A stretch of DNA of 64,000 nt from Capsulimonadales bacterium (GTDB lineage: Bacteria > Armatimonadota > Armatimonadia > Armatimonadales > Armatimonadaceae), in NCBI GenBank assembly GCA_033762295.1, contig JANRLW010000062.1:16446-80445 (forward strand), given 5' to 3'. A program made the position numbers and the translations under genes. The notes under the pieces were generated by a model that saw nothing but the letters and a program-made list of their open reading frames with translations, ran no database searches and had not been told where the DNA came from. Shown here piece by piece: positions 37,690 to 47,801 of this stretch; positions within the stretch are counted from its first letter, which is position 1; each line of letters starts with the position of its first letter.

Positions 37690-38321
37690 CTACCATCCCT
37701 CCCGCCGGGAAGCAGGGAGACACGCTTCCCGATACCTCCGGCGGAACCGAACACTATATCCGGGACTACTTCTCCGGTTTGAAGGCCCTGCTCGAAGCGG
37801 TCGATGCGACCGTCATCACCCGGATCGTGGACATTCTCCTCGACGCGTACCGCAACGACCGCCGCCTGGTCATGTGCGGCAACGGAGGTTCCGGTTCCAC
37901 CTCCTCGCACATGATCTGTGATTTTCAAAAGAACATCCTTCTGGACGGCGGAAAACCGTTCGAAGCCATCGCTCTGACCGACTCTCCGGCCCTGCTGTCC
38001 GCCTGGGGGAACGATACCTCCTTCGAGAACATCTTTGCCGGGCAGGCGCGGACCTGGCTGCGCAAGGACGATGTGCTGATCGCCATTTCGGGGTCCGGTA
38101 ACTCCCCCAATATTCTCAAAGCGGTGGAGACGGCCAACGAAATCGGCGCATTTACCATCGGCTTCTGCGGCTACGGCGGCGGGAAACTGGCCGGACAGGT
38201 ACAACTGGCCGTCATCGTCGATCGGCGCAACATGCAGCAGGTGGAAGACCTCCACATGATTCTGGGACACGTGGTCTACTCCGCTCTCCGTGACCGGATC
38301 AAAGGCATTCTGGTCGCCTGA
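37686..38321 (+). CDS. gmhA: Phosphoheptose isomerase (SIS domain)
   Basis: CGNGGSG...H, AWGND, ISGSGNSPN, QQVEDLH. Confidence 0.82.
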   Translation: MTTIPPAGKQGDTLPDTSGGTEHYIRDYFSGLKALLEAVDATVITRIVDILLDAYRNDRRLVMCGNGGSGSTSSHMICDFQKNILLDGGKPFEAIALTDSPALLSAWGNDTSFENIFAGQARTWLRKDDVLIAISGSGNSPNILKAVETANEIGAFTIGFCGYGGGKLAGQVQLAVIVDRRNMQQVEDLHMILGHVVYSALRDRIKGILVA

Positions 38322-38323
38322 GT

Positions 38324-38890
38324 ATGTCACGACCGGCGGTATTTCTGGACCGGGACGGCGTTCTGAACGTCTATTTACCGGAGGATTACGTCAAGACCTC
38401 GGACGAACTGATCCTGCTTCCGGGCATCGGCGCGGCGATCGCCCGATTGAACCGCGCGGGTCTGCCCGTCTTCATCATCTCCAACCAGCAGGGCGTCGGC
38501 AAGGGATTGATGACCGAGGACGACCTGACCGCGATCGACCGCGCGCTGTGTGTCGAGATCGGACGGACGGGCGGCTCGATCGAGCGGTCCTACTACTGTA
38601 CCGCCCTTGCCTCCGAGAACAGCGAGGAGCGAAAGCCGCGGCCGGGCATGTTGCTGCGCGCGGCCCGCGAACACGACCTGGACCTGTCGGCGTCGGTGTT
38701 TGTCGGCGACACGGAGACGGACGCCCTGGCCGCCCGCGCCGCCGGGGTCGGCCATTTCGTTCTGGTGCTCACCGGCAAGCACCGGACCGCCGACATCGCC
38801 GCGAACCCGGCCCGTTTTCCGCACCCCCCCGATCACGTCGCGGCGGACCTGGCGTCCGCCGTCGACTGGATTCTCACTCGGACCCGCTGA
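38324..38890 (+). CDS. gmhB: D,D-heptose 1,7-bisphosphate phosphatase (HAD IIIA)
   Basis: FLDRDGVLN, SNQQG, RKPRPGML, VGDTETD. Confidence 0.88.
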   Translation: MSRPAVFLDRDGVLNVYLPEDYVKTSDELILLPGIGAAIARLNRAGLPVFIISNQQGVGKGLMTEDDLTAIDRALCVEIGRTGGSIERSYYCTALASENSEERKPRPGMLLRAAREHDLDLSASVFVGDTETDALAARAAGVGHFVLVLTGKHRTADIAANPARFPHPPDHVAADLASAVDWILTRTR

Positions 38891-41096
38891 CCGCGACCGC
38901 CTTGCTCCGCTGACGCGCCTGAAGAATGACTTCGCCGAGCAGGATATAGGTCTGTTTGTCCGCCTTACCCAGGCTGATCACCTGACGCAGGGCGGTCTCC
39001 GCCCGCGCGAAATCGCCTCGCCGTATGTAAAGGTCTCCCAGCTGACGGTACTTCTCTCCGTCCGGTGGCGACAGTTCCAGGTACTTTTCCAGCGCTTCCT
39101 GTTCGTTCTCGAACTGCCCTTTCTCCCGGTAGAGTTCGGCCAGACGCCGATACGCTTCGGGATTGTTCGGGTCGGTAATCAACGCCTTATCGAACAGCGC
39201 CTCCGCCTCTTTCATCCCCTGTTCTTCGAATTTCAGGTTCAGACTGCCGAGGCTGAGCAGGGTCGGCGTATGATGGGCGTCGATCTCCTGAACGATTCTG
39301 GTGAAGACCTCCTTCGCCTCCTCCCGATTTCCACGGGCCAGAAGCGCCTCGCCCAGCGCATGATGCGCTCCCAGGTGCTTGATGCCCTCCGGAAGCTGAA
39401 TGGCCTTCCGCAAAAGTCGGATGGCGGTAGGATAGTCGGCGTTCTGCTGAACCAGCAGGGTCGCCGTTTCATACTGGGCCAGGAAACTTTTCGGCAGCAG
39501 ACGCGCCGCCGACTGATAGTAGGTGAGGGATTTTTCGAACTCGCTGCGGGCTCGCAGTTCCTGGGCCAGCCGAAGGAACATCGGCCCGTCCTTCGGGTTC
39601 TGCTCCACGGCGCGTTCCCAGAGCATCAGGGCGACGTCGTTGACCCGCTCCTCCCCGGTATAGGCCTTGGCCAGCGCATCGATCATCTCCGGCGACGCCT
39701 CACCCCGTCGGAACATCTCCTCCCAGAGACGCAGCGCGGGAACCCGCCGTGTTCCGACGTAGGCATTGTTCACCAGGTAAGCGGCGGCCAGCACCGCTTC
39801 GAGTCCCGCCTCCGGGGAGCCACCTTCGATCGCGCGTTCGTACACCTCCACCGCCTTCATGGAGTAGTCGGCGCGCAACATCAGCACCCGGGCGTACCAG
39901 CCCCAGAGTTCCCGATCCTCCGGGCACAGTTTGGTCGTCCGGTCGAACAGGTCCGTCGTTGCCTCGTCGGAACGTTTTTCGGTCGCGTACGCGACGGCAA
40001 GGGCACGCACGACCTGCACCCAGTTCCAGCGATGCGCCTGAAAACGGGGCATCAGGATTTCCTCACGCTCCAGCGCTTTTTCGAGGAACGGAATGGTCTC
40101 GTCATCGTGCGCCCGGTTTCTTCGCCGGATATAGGACGCCAGGTAGCCCGCTTCCAGATCCCGATCCTCCGGATGCATCGCATACGCTTTGCGATACGTT
40201 TCGAGGGTGGAGTCATCCGCGCGGTTCAATGCCAGGAAGGTCTGCGCGAGGCGGACGGTCCATCGGTTCGCCTCCTCCCCGCTGCCCTGCGCCTCGCACT
40301 GCGCGATCATTCGCGCGTAGATCGCGCAGGCGTTGGCGTCCCGGCGGACGTGATCATGGTAGGCGCGGGCCAGAAAGGCGTTATTCTCCTCATCCTCGGG
40401 CGCGTTGACGAACAAAAAGCGGTAAACCGTCTCGGCGGTCGTGTCCTGTCGTCCGGTCGAACGATAGGCGGCGGCGATATAGCGTGCGAACGCCATCCGA
40501 TCCGGGGAGGTCTCCGCGCACTCCTCGAGCGCCTCCTCAACCAGGGTAACTCGCTCCGGCGTCAGAATGTCGGACTCATTCAGATAGATCCGTGCCAGTT
40601 CGGCACGAAGTCTTTCCGGTTTCAGGGAGAACTTTCGCCAGTAGGGAGAGCGTTTCCGTTCCGGTTCCAGCACGCGCGCATACGCGTCACGACGGATCGT
40701 CACATCGTCGAGCTGCCCGCTCGCGCACAGAGCGGCGATATAAAACCCCGCTCGCTCGTCGTCCGGAAACGACTGAAAGGCGAGGCGGTAGTGATCCGCA
40801 TAGGCGGCGCAGTACCGCCCCGCTTCCATGTCGCACCAGAGCAGGCAGAGAGCGATCTTTCCCCGGACGTCCGCGCCGGCTGACGGTAGGGCGGCCGCGT
40901 AGAAGCCGGCTTTATCCGGTTCGATCGGCGGAATCGGCGCGCGAGCCCAGTTGACGGCCATGGCCGGACCGGTCACTCGCTGCCAGGCGGAGATGCTCTC
41001 CGCCACCGGCATCAATCCGGCGGGAACTCCCGCCCGTGCGGTCTTCGGGCGAGCAGCGGAAGCGGCATTATCGTCGGACGCGCTCTTTGCTATCAT
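38874..41096 (-). CDS. Large tetratricopeptide-repeat protein
   Basis: Many TPR-like helical repeats (e.g. EALFDKALITDPNNPEAYRRLAELY); no signal peptide seen. Confidence 0.85.
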   Translation of the reverse strand: MIAKSASDDNAASAARPKTARAGVPAGLMPVAESISAWQRVTGPAMAVNWARAPIPPIEPDKAGFYAAALPSAGADVRGKIALCLLWCDMEAGRYCAAYADHYRLAFQSFPDDERAGFYIAALCASGQLDDVTIRRDAYARVLEPERKRSPYWRKFSLKPERLRAELARIYLNESDILTPERVTLVEEALEECAETSPDRMAFARYIAAAYRSTGRQDTTAETVYRFLFVNAPEDEENNAFLARAYHDHVRRDANACAIYARMIAQCEAQGSGEEANRWTVRLAQTFLALNRADDSTLETYRKAYAMHPEDRDLEAGYLASYIRRRNRAHDDETIPFLEKALEREEILMPRFQAHRWNWVQVVRALAVAYATEKRSDEATTDLFDRTTKLCPEDRELWGWYARVLMLRADYSMKAVEVYERAIEGGSPEAGLEAVLAAAYLVNNAYVGTRRVPALRLWEEMFRRGEASPEMIDALAKAYTGEERVNDVALMLWERAVEQNPKDGPMFLRLAQELRARSEFEKSLTYYQSAARLLPKSFLAQYETATLLVQQNADYPTAIRLLRKAIQLPEGIKHLGAHHALGEALLARGNREEAKEVFTRIVQEIDAHHTPTLLSLGSLNLKFEEQGMKEAEALFDKALITDPNNPEAYRRLAELYREKGQFENEQEALEKYLELSPPDGEKYRQLGDLYIRRGDFARAETALRQVISLGKADKQTYILLGEVILQARQRSKAVAVSGSE

Positions 41097-41535
41097 TTCG
41101 GAACCGTTACCTCTCCCATTGTTGCGTAACGCCGAATTCTCGGTCCGTACCTTCGGCCGCGCCGGATGGCCGGCGGACGCGAACCTGGGTTAACGGACCA
41201 GGAATTAACACCCCTACCCGTTTGTACAACTATTCATGCAAAAAGGCAGGTACTCCTGCACAATAGGAGTTATTCCTGAACATTTCCGTTGGTTTTTTCG
41301 GTTTTTGCGGATAGACATAACCGTTATTTGTTGTCGGATTGACGAATCGACAACTGCATAGGAAAATACGTCCGCGCGACCCAACTTTTTCGACGATTTC
41401 GCCTGACCGCCGTCGGCCACAGGCAATCGCCGTCAAACCATCGTAAAATCGCCAGGAAAAGACCAATGCCTCCCTGCAGTTCCGTATCGGCCCTTCCGAA
41501 AATGGCCTTGGTGCGGACGGAAAGCGCACGAATTT

Positions 41536-42513
41536 ATGATCATCACCCAGACGCCGCTGCGAATCTCGTTCGCCGGGGGCGGCACCGACTTCCGAAAATA
41601 TTACGAACGAGCGGGCGGCGCCGTCCTTTCGACCGCGATCGATAAGTATATCTACGTCATCATCAAGGAGCGATTCGACCGCAAACTGCGCATCGGCTAC
41701 TCACGGACCGAGATGACCGACTCGGTCGACGAAATCGAGCACGAACTGGTCCGGGAATCGCTGCGCCGGGTCGGCATCGACGCCGGTGTGGAGGTGGCGA
41801 CCATGGCCGATATCCCGTCCGAAGGGTCCGGTCTGGGTTCCTCTTCCGCCGTCACGGTCGGTCTGCTTCATGCCATGTATACCTACCAGGGAGAACTGGT
41901 AACCCCGGAACGGCTCGCCCGCGAAGCGTGCGAGATCGAAATCGATGTTCTCGGAAAGCCGATCGGAAAACAGGATCAGTACATCGCCGCCTACGGCGGT
42001 CTCCGCCGGATCCGCTTCCGTCCGGATGAAACGGTCGAGGTCGAACGGGTCCCCTGTTCGGAGGAGCAGCGGCGGCGGCTCGGTGAGAATCTCCTCCTGT
42101 TTTACACCGGCATCGCGCGCAAGGCTGACACGATCCTTTCGGAACAGCAGGACAACATCGAACGACGCCGGGAGACGCTGGATCGCCTGCACCAGCAGAC
42201 GGAGGAAATTTACGAAGCATTGACCGGCGAGAACCTGATGCGGGTCGGGCGCATTCTGGCGGAAGGCTGGCGTCACAAGCGGCAGCTTGCGGAACGGATC
42301 ACCAACCCGGAGATCGATTCGATGTACGATCGTGCGCTCGATGCCGGGGCGGTCGGCGGGAAGATCGCCGGAGCGGGCGGCGGCGGGTTTCTTCTTTTGC
42401 TCTGCCCTCCCGACCGACAGGCCGCCGTCCGCCAGGCGCTCAAATCGCTCCGCGAACTGCCGTTCGCTCCCGAACGCGACGGCACCAAAGTGATCTTCAA
42501 CGCCCGGCGTTGA
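41536..42513 (+). CDS. hddA: GHMP kinase, D-glycero-alpha-D-manno-heptose-7-phosphate kinase-like
   Basis: [37 protein letters not shown]. Confidence 0.85.
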   Translation: MIITQTPLRISFAGGGTDFRKYYERAGGAVLSTAIDKYIYVIIKERFDRKLRIGYSRTEMTDSVDEIEHELVRESLRRVGIDAGVEVATMADIPSEGSGLGSSSAVTVGLLHAMYTYQGELVTPERLAREACEIEIDVLGKPIGKQDQYIAAYGGLRRIRFRPDETVEVERVPCSEEQRRRLGENLLLFYTGIARKADTILSEQQDNIERRRETLDRLHQQTEEIYEALTGENLMRVGRILAEGWRHKRQLAERITNPEIDSMYDRALDAGAVGGKIAGAGGGGFLLLLCPPDRQAAVRQALKSLRELPFAPERDGTKVIFNARR

Positions 42514-42778
42514 ACCGGACCGCCGGAGAGGCAACGGAATCGTCCGGGAATCGGGCACCCGAATCAGGCACCCGGTGAAAGTGCGTTTTTTTGCCCTCAG
42601 GTGCGGGAACAACAGGTTTTAGTCTACTGAAGTTCGGGAAGAATCATGAGGGCAAGTATATACCAGAGGGCTACAGGACATTTGATCCGGGGACACCGAC
42701 GTTCCGCTTTGTCGCCCCTGTCCGGGGCCGGGGCCTGGCGGACGGGAACGAATCCATGCAAGCAGGAGACGACTAGCG

Positions 42779-43591
42779 ATGTCTATCACCTCGTTTGACC
42801 GCAATCAAAGTCAATCGAACACGCCGGAAACGGCCCCCTCGGCGATGTCCGGAGGCGTCGTACCGGGTTCCCTGACCGCCGTCGCTTCACCCGGCGCCCT
42901 CTCCCTTCATCCCAGTCCCTGCGGCAAAACCAGCAATGTCCGCATCGGACGGCACTCGATCCACCTTCCGGTAACACTCGATCCCGGCCCCCTGTACGCT
43001 CCGACGAAACGGGCGATCGATGTTTTCGCCGCCGTTGCGCTGCTGATCGTGCTGTCGCCGGTGTTCGCCGTCGTCGCTCTGCTCATCTTTCTGGAGGATC
43101 GCGGACCCGTTTTCTACTACCAGACACGAGTCGGCAAGGACGGACAGCACTTTCTGTTCTACAAGTTCCGCAGCATGGTGACCCGGGCCGACCTGATCCG
43201 ACATCAACTGGAAACGCAAAACGAAGCGGTCGGCCCGATCTTCAAAATGAAGAACGACCCCCGGATCACCCGCGTCGGTCGCTTCATCCGCCGGTATTCG
43301 ATCGATGAGCTGCCCCAGCTTTTCAACGTCCTTCGCGGGGAGATGAGCCTGGTCGGACCCCGCCCGCATCTGCCCCGCGAGGTCAACTACTATACCGATC
43401 CGCAAAAAGGTCGTCTGGCCGTTCAGCCGGGCCTGCTCTGCCTCCGGGAGATCCTGGGACGGTCGAACATGACGTTCGAGGAGTGGATCGAACTCGATCT
43501 GCTGTACATTCGTCATCGCTGCCTCCGCACCGATCTGATGATCCTGGCGCGCACCATTCCCTCGATTCTCGCCGCCGACGGCGCTTATTGA
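42779..43591 (+). CDS. Priming phosphoglycosyltransferase (bacterial sugar transferase)
   Basis: KRAID, YKFRSM, DPRIT, DELPQLFNVLRGEMSLVGPRP. Confidence 0.93.
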   Translation: MSITSFDRNQSQSNTPETAPSAMSGGVVPGSLTAVASPGALSLHPSPCGKTSNVRIGRHSIHLPVTLDPGPLYAPTKRAIDVFAAVALLIVLSPVFAVVALLIFLEDRGPVFYYQTRVGKDGQHFLFYKFRSMVTRADLIRHQLETQNEAVGPIFKMKNDPRITRVGRFIRRYSIDELPQLFNVLRGEMSLVGPRPHLPREVNYYTDPQKGRLAVQPGLLCLREILGRSNMTFEEWIELDLLYIRHRCLRTDLMILARTIPSILAADGAY

Positions 43592-43607
43592 TGCCGTACC
43601 GCCGTAA

Positions 43608-43653
43608 CAAAAGACCGGGCGCCGTCCGCGAGGAAACTGCGGACGGCGCCCGG
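43608..43653. terminator. 15-bp GC hairpin / terminator
   Basis: CCGGGCGCCGTCCGC (43615-43629) / GCGGACGGCGCCCGG (43639-43653). Confidence 0.7.
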
Positions 43654-43718
43654 CGATTTACGTCCGTTGAGAGAATTTCCACACCGTCGGAATTCACCGC
43701 AATTGGTTGTCCCCGGGC

Positions 43719-43747
43719 TTGCTGAAATGATTAATCCCCCGTATAGT
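43719..43747 (+). promoter_or_regulatory. Sigma70 promoter upstream of the wzc operon
   Basis: TTGCTG-N17-TATAGT. Confidence 0.6.
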
Positions 43748-44200
43748 TTCTCTGGGTTACGAACGGCGGCACCACACCGGACCAACTCATACCGCACACC
43801 GGCAGCCGCCCTGAAACAAGTCGATTCGGGAAATTGCCTAAATCCGGCAGGAATCCCAACAAGTTCGGAAGAATACGGAATCATGCGACCGTCACCGGTC
43901 GCTCCTCCGGCGTCATGACCGCCGTCGCTCCTGCGCCGCCAATTCGATAGTCAAACCTCCGAGCGTCGAACGTTTGGCTAAGCGAGGCTGTTTTGGTGTC
44001 TCTGTCGTCGGGACGAACGCCGTCCTCGGGGTTCGTCACAACCGGAATAATTTTGTTTTGTCGTGTCGATGCGGCTCCAGGTCGCAGGCGACGCGCGGTC
44101 GGTTCGTCGGCTTTCCGGTCGGCGAAGGGTTCGCGCGTCCATACCGCACTGTCGGAGCATCCGCTCACGGCTGCTGCGAGAACCCTGAAATAGGACTTCG

Positions 44201-46444
44201 ATGCAAGATTCTTTCCCCGCCTCACAAGAAACCCCTACTAACCTGACCTTGCGGGAGTATGGGGATATTCTGCGTCGCCGTCGGGCGATCATTCTCCAGA
44301 CCTTCGTGATCGTTCTGGTAATCGGCATCCTGGTCAACCTGTATACGCCGCTGACCTACAGCGCGTCCGCACGGCTTCTGACCGAGGCTCCCCGGTTCCA
44401 GATCAACACGGTCAACACCTCCGACCCCCTGAGCGACCTGTTCCAGACGAACCAGGTCTACTCCCTGCCGACGCAGGTACAGATGATCCAGGGGCCGGAC
44501 ATGATGAAGAAGGTCAAGGAGAAACTGGGGAACGCCCCGTTGCCGGCCTTCTCCGTCAAGCCGATCGAAGGGACGCAGATCATCGAGGCGACCGCCGAAG
44601 GGGAAAGTCAGGATGTCGTCGCCAACGCCCTCAATGTCCTCCTCGAAGCCTACAAAGAAGAAATCCTTCGACGAAGCACCGAAAAGCTGAAAAAAGCCCT
44701 CGACCTGGCGACCACTCAATCCAGGGAAGCACAGGCCAAAATCGAGGACCTGCAGCAAAAGACCAACCGATTCAAGCGACGAAACTCCGTCTACTCCTTT
44801 GATGCGAACAAAGAGGAGTATGTCGGCCGGGTCAAGGACCTCAACGACCAGTATCAGGCCGCTCTGTCCGACATGAAGGCGCTGACCGGCAAGATCGACG
44901 CCACAACGGCCGTGCTTCGGACCCAGAAAGCGACCCTGCTTCCGTTCATCAGCAAAACCGGCGACCCGCGGATTCAGGGGATCGATGACAAACTGGTCGA
45001 ACTGGACGCCAGCCGACAGGCGCTCAAAAAAGCCAGCGGGTTCAAGGACGACATGCCCCAGGTGCAGGCGATCGATGCCCAGATTCAGCTCTACAAGATG
45101 CGGAAACTGGAACTGCTCAACTCCTATGTCGCCCGGAACGCCGTGCCCAACCCGGCGGCCCGTACCCTGTCCGATCAGATCGGTGCGCTCCGGATCGAAA
45201 TGACCGGGCTTCAGGCAAGGACCAACGACGTTCGCCGACGTCTGGCCGAGGCGAAGGCCCGACTCGCCAACTTCCCGGATTGGGAGCGGGAATGGAGCAG
45301 CCTGAACGGTCAGTTGGCCAAGGCCCAGAGCGATTTCACTTACTTCTCCAACCAGTTGAACGTTCTGACACTTCGCTCCAAAGCGACCGAAGGCAGCGGA
45401 CCGACCATCCTTCAGTACGCCGTGCCGCCGACCAAGCCGATTCGCCCGAACCGTGAACAGAACATTCTCTTCGCCGGTCTGCTCGGTGTCTTTTTCGGAC
45501 TCTGTCTTGCCCTCCTTCAGGAACTGTTCGACGACCGGATCAATACCCCGGAAGAGTCCGAACGACTGCTCAATCTGCCGAGTCTGGGCTGGATTCCGAT
45601 GATCGAGGAGGAGGGTCTGCGTCTGATCAAGGAAACCAGCAGTTTCTCCCCGCTCATGGAATCGTATCGCTCTCTGCGAACGAACATCAATTTCGCGGCG
45701 GTCGGTCGCCCGGTACGCTCCCTGGTCGTCACCTCCTCACTCGCGGCGGAAGGCAAGTCCACCACCGTCGCCAACCTGGCCATGGCGATGGCGATGGAGC
45801 GCAAACGCGTCATCATCGTCGACGCCGACCTTCGCCGCCCCAGTCTGCATCGTCTGTTCAAGGTGGAGGCGACGCCGGGCCTGACCGACGTTCTGGTCGG
45901 TACGCACACCATCGATGAGGTGCTGCAGCCGGTCGAGGGCGTCGAGAATGTGTATGTCATTCCGGCCGGTTCAACCCCGCCGAACCCCGCCGAACTTCTC
46001 GGGTCCGAGGAGATGGGGCGGTTCATGGAAACGCTGGAAACCAAGTGCGATGTCGCCCTGTTCGACTCGCCTCCGACCGTCATGGTGGCGGACAGCGTCG
46101 TCCTCGCGTCACGCGCCGATGGCGTCCTTCTGGTCATTGCGTTCGGCGAAACCAAGAAAGCCAATACCCGACAGGCGCTGCAGCGACTGGCCCGGGCGAA
46201 CGCCAACGTGCTGGGCACCGTCCTCAACCGCATGGAAGGCCACGGCGGCGGGTACTACGGCTACTACTACGGCAAGTACTATGTGCCGGTCTCCGATCGC
46301 GCCCGTCCGGCCACCGGAACGAACGGGAACGAGAGCGGCAATTCGCTGGCGTTGCCGCAGAACGCGTCCGATACCCCTCCCCTGACCGGAACGCCCACGG
46401 GCGTCGTTCGCTATGAAGACGACAAAACGGAGAAGAACGGATAA
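44201..46444 (+). CDS. wzc: Polysaccharide co-polymerase / BY-kinase (Wzc-like)
   Basis: Two TM segments around a coiled coil; AEGKST, IVDADLRRP, FDSPP; Tyr cluster GYYGYYYGKYY. Confidence 0.92.
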   Translation: MQDSFPASQETPTNLTLREYGDILRRRRAIILQTFVIVLVIGILVNLYTPLTYSASARLLTEAPRFQINTVNTSDPLSDLFQTNQVYSLPTQVQMIQGPDMMKKVKEKLGNAPLPAFSVKPIEGTQIIEATAEGESQDVVANALNVLLEAYKEEILRRSTEKLKKALDLATTQSREAQAKIEDLQQKTNRFKRRNSVYSFDANKEEYVGRVKDLNDQYQAALSDMKALTGKIDATTAVLRTQKATLLPFISKTGDPRIQGIDDKLVELDASRQALKKASGFKDDMPQVQAIDAQIQLYKMRKLELLNSYVARNAVPNPAARTLSDQIGALRIEMTGLQARTNDVRRRLAEAKARLANFPDWEREWSSLNGQLAKAQSDFTYFSNQLNVLTLRSKATEGSGPTILQYAVPPTKPIRPNREQNILFAGLLGVFFGLCLALLQELFDDRINTPEESERLLNLPSLGWIPMIEEEGLRLIKETSSFSPLMESYRSLRTNINFAAVGRPVRSLVVTSSLAAEGKSTTVANLAMAMAMERKRVIIVDADLRRPSLHRLFKVEATPGLTDVLVGTHTIDEVLQPVEGVENVYVIPAGSTPPNPAELLGSEEMGRFMETLETKCDVALFDSPPTVMVADSVVLASRADGVLLVIAFGETKKANTRQALQRLARANANVLGTVLNRMEGHGGGYYGYYYGKYYVPVSDRARPATGTNGNESGNSLALPQNASDTPPLTGTPTGVVRYEDDKTEKNG

Positions 46445-46445
46445 T

Positions 46446-47771
46446 ATGATCAACCAAGCGCAGCGAACTCGCAAGTCCCTCCGCGGATGGCTGACTCTGG
46501 GTATCGTCCTGTGTGGTCTGCTTCGGACCGGAGTCGCCCGGGCGCAGGAGACCGCACCCTCCGCACCCCCTGCCGGTAATCCGCCGGCAGCGCCCGCAGG
46601 CAGTCCCGCGACGCCCGGAACGCCCGCCACCGCCAATCCGGCCCCGGGCCTGATCACGTCGCCGACCTACCGGATTCTGGTCGATGACGTTCTTCAGGTG
46701 ACCGTCACCCCGCTCAACGGCGTCGGACAGGTCCATACCAATGAAACGCTGGCCGTTCTCTCCGACGGAACCGCCGATGTTCCGTTCCTCGGCGAGACCA
46801 AAGTGGTCGGTCTCACCCTTTCCGAGCTGAAGGGACGCATCAAGAAGGTGGCCGCCAAATATTTCGAGGACCCTCGTATCTCGATCGCCGTGCGTGCCCG
46901 TTTTCAAAAGACCGTCAATGTCAACTCCACCGTCCTGCCGAACCGGGGCAAAATCATCCTCGGCGAGAACTGGAAGGTCCGCGATGTGATTTCCGCCGCC
47001 GGCAGCCTTCCGACCGACCGGTATGACCTTCTGGAAGCGTCTCTGTACCGGAATGCGACCGGGGAGGTCATCACTCTGGATCTCCAGCGGCTACTGGGGG
47101 ACCTGGACCCGGCGCAAAACCTGCCGGTGGAAGCGGGCGACTTCCTGACGGTCAAGGAGATCGATCCCACCCGAACCCAGATTCAGGTGATCGGCCAGGT
47201 ACAGAAACCCGGACCGGTTGTCATTCCGCGGAATCGCTCGCTCGTCGAAGTCCTTCAGGCGGCGGGTGGCCCGACCGAACGGGCCGCGCTTTCGGAAGTC
47301 CGGATCGAACGGGAAGGGAAGGACCTCATCGTCAATATGACCGACTACAGAAAGACCGGTTTCGAACCCGCCGAGAAACTGAAGATGGGCGACCGCGTCA
47401 TCGTTCCGGAGAATCGCAAGGAGATTCTGCTGCAGGGAGCGTTCGGACGGGGCGGTATCATGCCCTATCCGGATGACCAGACACTGACCCTAACCCAGGT
47501 GATCGCCAGAGCCGGCGGACAGGTGCAGGGCGCCGAACTGAAATCGACGCGAATCACCCGGTTCGGACCGGACGGCAAACAGAAATCGACGATGGTCGTG
47601 AATGTCGAGAAAATCCTGAAAACCGGCGATTACTCCGATGACCCGGTCATCCAGCCCGGCGACCAGATCTATGTTCCCCCGGCCGGACGAAGGAAAGGTT
47701 TCAACCTTCAGGAAATGGTCGGTATCGTCAGCGGTGTCGTCTTCCTGCTCTATCAGGCGAGCCGCATTTAG
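46446..47771 (+). CDS. wza: Polysaccharide export protein with SLBB domains (Wza-like)
   Basis: YRILVDDVL, DGTADVPFLG, several SLBB repeats, C-terminal hydrophobic helix. Confidence 0.85.
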   Translation: MINQAQRTRKSLRGWLTLGIVLCGLLRTGVARAQETAPSAPPAGNPPAAPAGSPATPGTPATANPAPGLITSPTYRILVDDVLQVTVTPLNGVGQVHTNETLAVLSDGTADVPFLGETKVVGLTLSELKGRIKKVAAKYFEDPRISIAVRARFQKTVNVNSTVLPNRGKIILGENWKVRDVISAAGSLPTDRYDLLEASLYRNATGEVITLDLQRLLGDLDPAQNLPVEAGDFLTVKEIDPTRTQIQVIGQVQKPGPVVIPRNRSLVEVLQAAGGPTERAALSEVRIEREGKDLIVNMTDYRKTGFEPAEKLKMGDRVIVPENRKEILLQGAFGRGGIMPYPDDQTLTLTQVIARAGGQVQGAELKSTRITRFGPDGKQKSTMVVNVEKILKTGDYSDDPVIQPGDQIYVPPAGRRKGFNLQEMVGIVSGVVFLLYQASRI

Positions 47772-47801
47772 GACATCGCCGGAAAGAACCAACAAACCGA
47801 C

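Noticed and set aside
38550..40883. 777-aa plus-strand ORF and other long antisense ORFs (e.g. 29996..31459, 9840..11216, 14918..16174)
   Set aside because: Antisense shadows of recognisable genes, expected in high-GC DNA; no motifs.
42514..44200. c-di-GMP riboswitch, ops/JUMPstart or sigma54 promoter in EPS leaders
   Set aside because: Consensus elements were not found by eye; an Infernal search is still needed.
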